A stretch of 63,342 bases of DNA, filler included, from Octopus bimaculoides (taxonomy: Eukaryota), in NCBI RefSeq assembly GCF_001194135.2. It is 6 parts of 6 records of this genome, joined end to end, with 100 filler letters (N's around TTAATTAATTAA, not from the genome) between each part and the next. Parts side by side here need not be neighbours in the genome. Positions count along the whole stretch, not along the records: positions 57,534 to 62,142 come from NC_069005.1; positions 62,243 to 63,342 come from NW_026377830.1; 4 more parts are not named here. One strand, written 5' to 3'. The notes under the pieces are model-generated. The model was given only the letters and a program-made list of their open reading frames with translations. It had not been told where the DNA came from and did not search any database. The position numbers were made by a program, and so were the translations under genes. Positions 61,235 through 63,342 of this stretch are shown piece by piece (position 1 is the first letter of the stretch; each line of letters begins with the position of its first letter).

Positions 61235-61420
61235 GACGACTGGTGTTGGTATGTTTACATCCCCATAACCTAGCAGTCTGGCAAAAGTGACCTATAGAAT
61301 AAGTATTAGGCTTTAGATAATAAGTTCTGGGGTCAACTTGTTTGACTAAGAACCCTCCCTGCTGGTCCTCCAGCATGGTCATAGTCAAATGACTGAAACA
61401 AGTACAAGAATAAAAGAATA
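61235..61420 (+). mobile_element. SINE family B tail half
   Basis: Consensus match. Confidence 0.9.
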
Positions 61421-61810
61421 TATATATATATATATATACATACACACACACATTCATTTTTGTATATAAGAAGAAAATAGAGAATTTGACAGATAAATAT
61501 CTATTTATTAATATATGTTTATCTGTCAAACTCTCTATTTTCTCCGCATCATTTACAAAAACGAAAATGTACGCATTTGTATCACAGTTTAACTAACATC
61601 TTTTTAGTATTTCACCAGTACATAAGATTAAACTTGGGAAATTTGGATGCTAATATCCCTTCAAGAGGTATCTTATATCAAAAAAGTAAAAAATGAAAAA
61701 AATAATATATAAAAAAAATAATATATAAAAAAATAAATATACCAATACATTATATTGTCTTTGAGCTTTTAAAGTTCAATCGTAATCCATGTAGATAATT
61801 GTTAGATAGA

Positions 61811-62130
61811 TTAGGATGCATGGAATTAAGAATCGTGTGCTGTTTAAAAAAGGCTGAGAGTTTGTGTTAAACAGGAAGTGTGTGTAAGGGGAGACAAATC
61901 TCTTTAGTTGGAGTTATGAACTCTTTTTCAACAGGAAGTTTATGTCTGTTCCTAATTTCTCTAGGAACAGACATAAACTTCCTGTTGACAAACAGTCCAT
62001 AACTCCAACTAAAAAGATTTGTCTCCCCTTACACACACTTCCTGTTTTGACACCACACTTCCTGCTTAACACATAAACCTTTAGCTCCTTTTTTAAACCT
62101 AACAAAACTCTCAATTTTCATGCATCCTTA
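61811..62130. mobile_element. ~320-bp palindromic element with repeated ACAGGAAGT motifs
   Basis: Centre CCTA-ATTTCTC-TAGG; arms complementary out to GGATGCATG/CATGCATCC. Confidence 0.85.
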
Positions 62131-62273
62131 TTTTTCCAACTANNNNNNNNNNNNNNNNNNNNNNNNNNNNNNNNNNNNNNNNNNNNTTAATTAATTAANN
62201 NNNNNNNNNNNNNNNNNNNNNNNNNNNNNNNNNNNNNNNNNNCAAGAACTGAAATAATTCTTTTTTGTAACAG

Positions 62274-62338
62274 TGGATCTCAAAGCAGAAATGCCTGTCA
62301 TTATATACAGGAAATGTGGGTGCGAATTTGACAAGTAA
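62274..62338 (+). CDS. Candidate terminal coding exon (xDLKAEMPVIIYRKCGCEFDK*), product unknown
   Basis: TTCTTTTTTGTAACAG acceptor, open frame to TAA, AT-rich downstream sequence with AATAAA near 62916; no recognised homologue. Confidence 0.2.
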
Positions 62339-63342
62339 CCTTTAACTTTTCTATTCAGAAGATTTTTAACCCAATATTTAGCTTTGTCTGCTTCAAGAAC
62401 AATCATTCCAAAGATGGAATGATAGATGCACTGATTTTGGAAATATAATCCTAGAGAAAAGATTTTTTTTTATACTGCCCAAAGCCCCATCCCCATGATC
62501 AGGTAAGGTCTAATTAGCACACCCTAAATGCCTATTGGAGAAACCAGCTGAGTACACCAGCCCAATGTTCAGTAAAAATCACCAAAGACCAGCTTCCAGG
62601 TAATTTACTCTCAGGTATTATGGTAGTTACACAACATCATGCTGTCCACCTACTAGCTACTGATGCCTAACTATGGCTGTTGCTGACCACTCTGTTGATT
62701 TCAGAATATATATGCAACTTCTCAGCTAACATAGCTGAAGATGCATACTAATTTTCAAGTTTTTTTGGTTTTCTTTTTCCTTCTTAAGAATTAGTATTCC
62801 ATGCCACTACATCATTCTTGTGAGTCATCTCAGAACAGAAACAAAAAGTTTCAACATCCAAACATCCAGTGATTGTTTGCCATTGACATATCAAAAACTA
62901 CAACATTGTAATAGAAATAAAAATTAAAAAAACAAAACAAATTTCATTTGAAAATATTTTAATTGCCTCAGGAATTCACATATTTGAAAACTACATTTTA
63001 CCATTTAATTTCTTAGTTTTTGTTTTTTTTTTTTTATTTAGAAACTTATTTTATGTTTTATTTTCTTATTGAACAAGTCTGTCTTTAAATCCATGCAGTA
63101 AAAGAATACAGGTTTAGAAAAGTTGGAATAGAATACAGGCAGGGTAGTGGTGAGGGATTGTAAAGCAAGAATATGAAAATAGGAAATATATTAAGTGATG
63201 AATCATGGATAAAACCTCCCCACATCACCCCCAGTGTATTACTGTTGTTTTTTTTGTTTCCTTTATTGATAATGTATTTGATTAATATGTGCTTCTCCAC
63301 AAATATATTTGGAGGATGATAGCAATAATACAAAAAAAAAAA

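Overview
Repeat-dominated, AT-rich eukaryotic window with many N gaps. It is probably intronic or intergenic DNA of an octopus or other coleoid cephalopod; this is an inference from the SINE families, the extreme microsatellite load and the TTAATTAATTAA gap markers. No intact host protein-coding gene can be supported, and nearly all ORF-track entries are translations of microsatellites or N runs. The window holds about 35 copies of three tRNA-derived SINE families and fossils of Penelope, RTE, CR1-like and two R4/Dong-like (REL endonuclease) retroelements. It also holds mariner and Tigger remnants, a Helitron-like 5' fragment with STPR repeats, and at least seven fold-back/MITE elements. The main leads are: (1) short repeats carrying minimal, dimer-type hammerhead ribozyme motifs (one structurally intact at 10643-10688, one near-intact, further variants); (2) an REL-type LINE family whose four copies all start directly after (TACA)n arrays, suggesting microsatellite-targeted insertion; (3) a ~320-bp palindrome with five GGAAG(T) ETS-like sites; (4) many inverted SINE pairs and hairpins that would be dsRNA/ADAR substrates if transcribed; (5) a few isolated exon-like segments that may belong to an unannotated gene or lncRNA.
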